Of a DNA stretch of 64,000 nt, positions 63,310 through 64,000 are shown piece after piece. Within the stretch, counting starts at the first letter, position 1; the number at the start of each line of letters is the position of its first letter. The notes under the pieces are model-generated. The model was given only the letters and a program-made list of their open reading frames with translations. It searched no databases and was not told the origin of the DNA. Both the position numbers and the translations under genes were made by a program. The DNA is taken from the NCBI GenBank assembly GCA_964106915.2, contig OZ066914.1; one strand, 5' to 3'. Origin of the DNA: Podarcis gaigeae (taxonomy: Eukaryota).

Positions 63310-64000
63310 CTTTCTCAGTGGGTGAGGGTGACATGAAAATGTATGATGTACCATGTACCGGTATGCACCTAGGTTTTACAAAAGGCAAGAGACCTCTTAT
63401 ATAATTCACCCCAAAACAAACCAATCTGAATTCCCATTGATTTCAGGGAATTAAACATGTTCAGCTCTCAAAGAGTACTCGACTGGATGGATGGTGCCCA
63501 GTATTTGTAAAGGGAGTATGTTTGTTTCCATTCCCACAGTACTTTTAGAGGTATGCCCCCACTTGCTTAAAGCTATTTCCTATCTTTTACACCCAAAGAA
63601 CTCCCACTACTCTATAAAGCCAATAAGAAATGTAAACTTAATCAGAAAACTGCAGATAAAGTGCTGAAAAGTGTTATGGGACAAAAGCAGTATTGTAATT
63701 GAAACATGTGTTTGACATGTATTTACATTGTAGGTGTGTCTATAAATGTTAACAGAGACCCCCTTGGAACTCTTATCCCTTATCAATTTCCTTCAATAGC
63801 ATTTATTGTAATAATTAAGGCACTGGACTGCTCAGCAATCCTTTGGCATGTTTTCTGAATGGGAGATAATACTTGAGATATATGCAACACACCAGTCAGA
63901 TGTTGCTGACTATAAGAGAGATGGGTTTCATCTTCTATTTACTAATTGTAAGTTCAGCCAACTTTCAGCTAAAGACTGACTCCCAAGTGACAATTAAAAT

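Noticed and set aside
57600-64000. Possible exons of an upstream neighbouring mucin or other gene
   Set aside because: No Cys-rich or otherwise recognisable frames with paired splice sites; short ORFs derive from repeats or low-complexity sequence.

Overview
Vertebrate genomic DNA. Sauria SINEs indicate a squamate reptile, probably a lacertid lizard (inference). Almost the whole window is one minus-strand gel-forming mucin gene, best called MUC5AC-like. I traced it by hand from a TATA box (57563-57569) and ATG (57493) through 47 complete exons plus the first 11 nt of exon 48 at the window edge. All introns are GT-AG and the reading-frame phases are consistent, giving about 4,480 codons in the window; the C-terminal cystine knot lies off-window. 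Domain order: signal peptide, an unusual Gln/Tyr/acidic exon 2, D1-D2-D'-D3 assemblies, a 7,212-nt central exon 31 with 11 CysD domains and Thr-rich PTS repeats, D4 with the GDPH autocleavage motif, then VWC-like domains. Introns and the ~6.5 kb upstream contain CR1 and L2 LINE fragments, Sauria and tRNA-derived SINEs, hAT-type MITEs, Penelope-like remnants and microsatellites. I found no wholly new biological system. The best leads are the Gln/Tyr-rich N-terminal exon, a candidate 6-nt microexon, the nested CysD/PTS repeat array, a duplicated frameshifting splice acceptor, and two SINEs inserted at the same target site.
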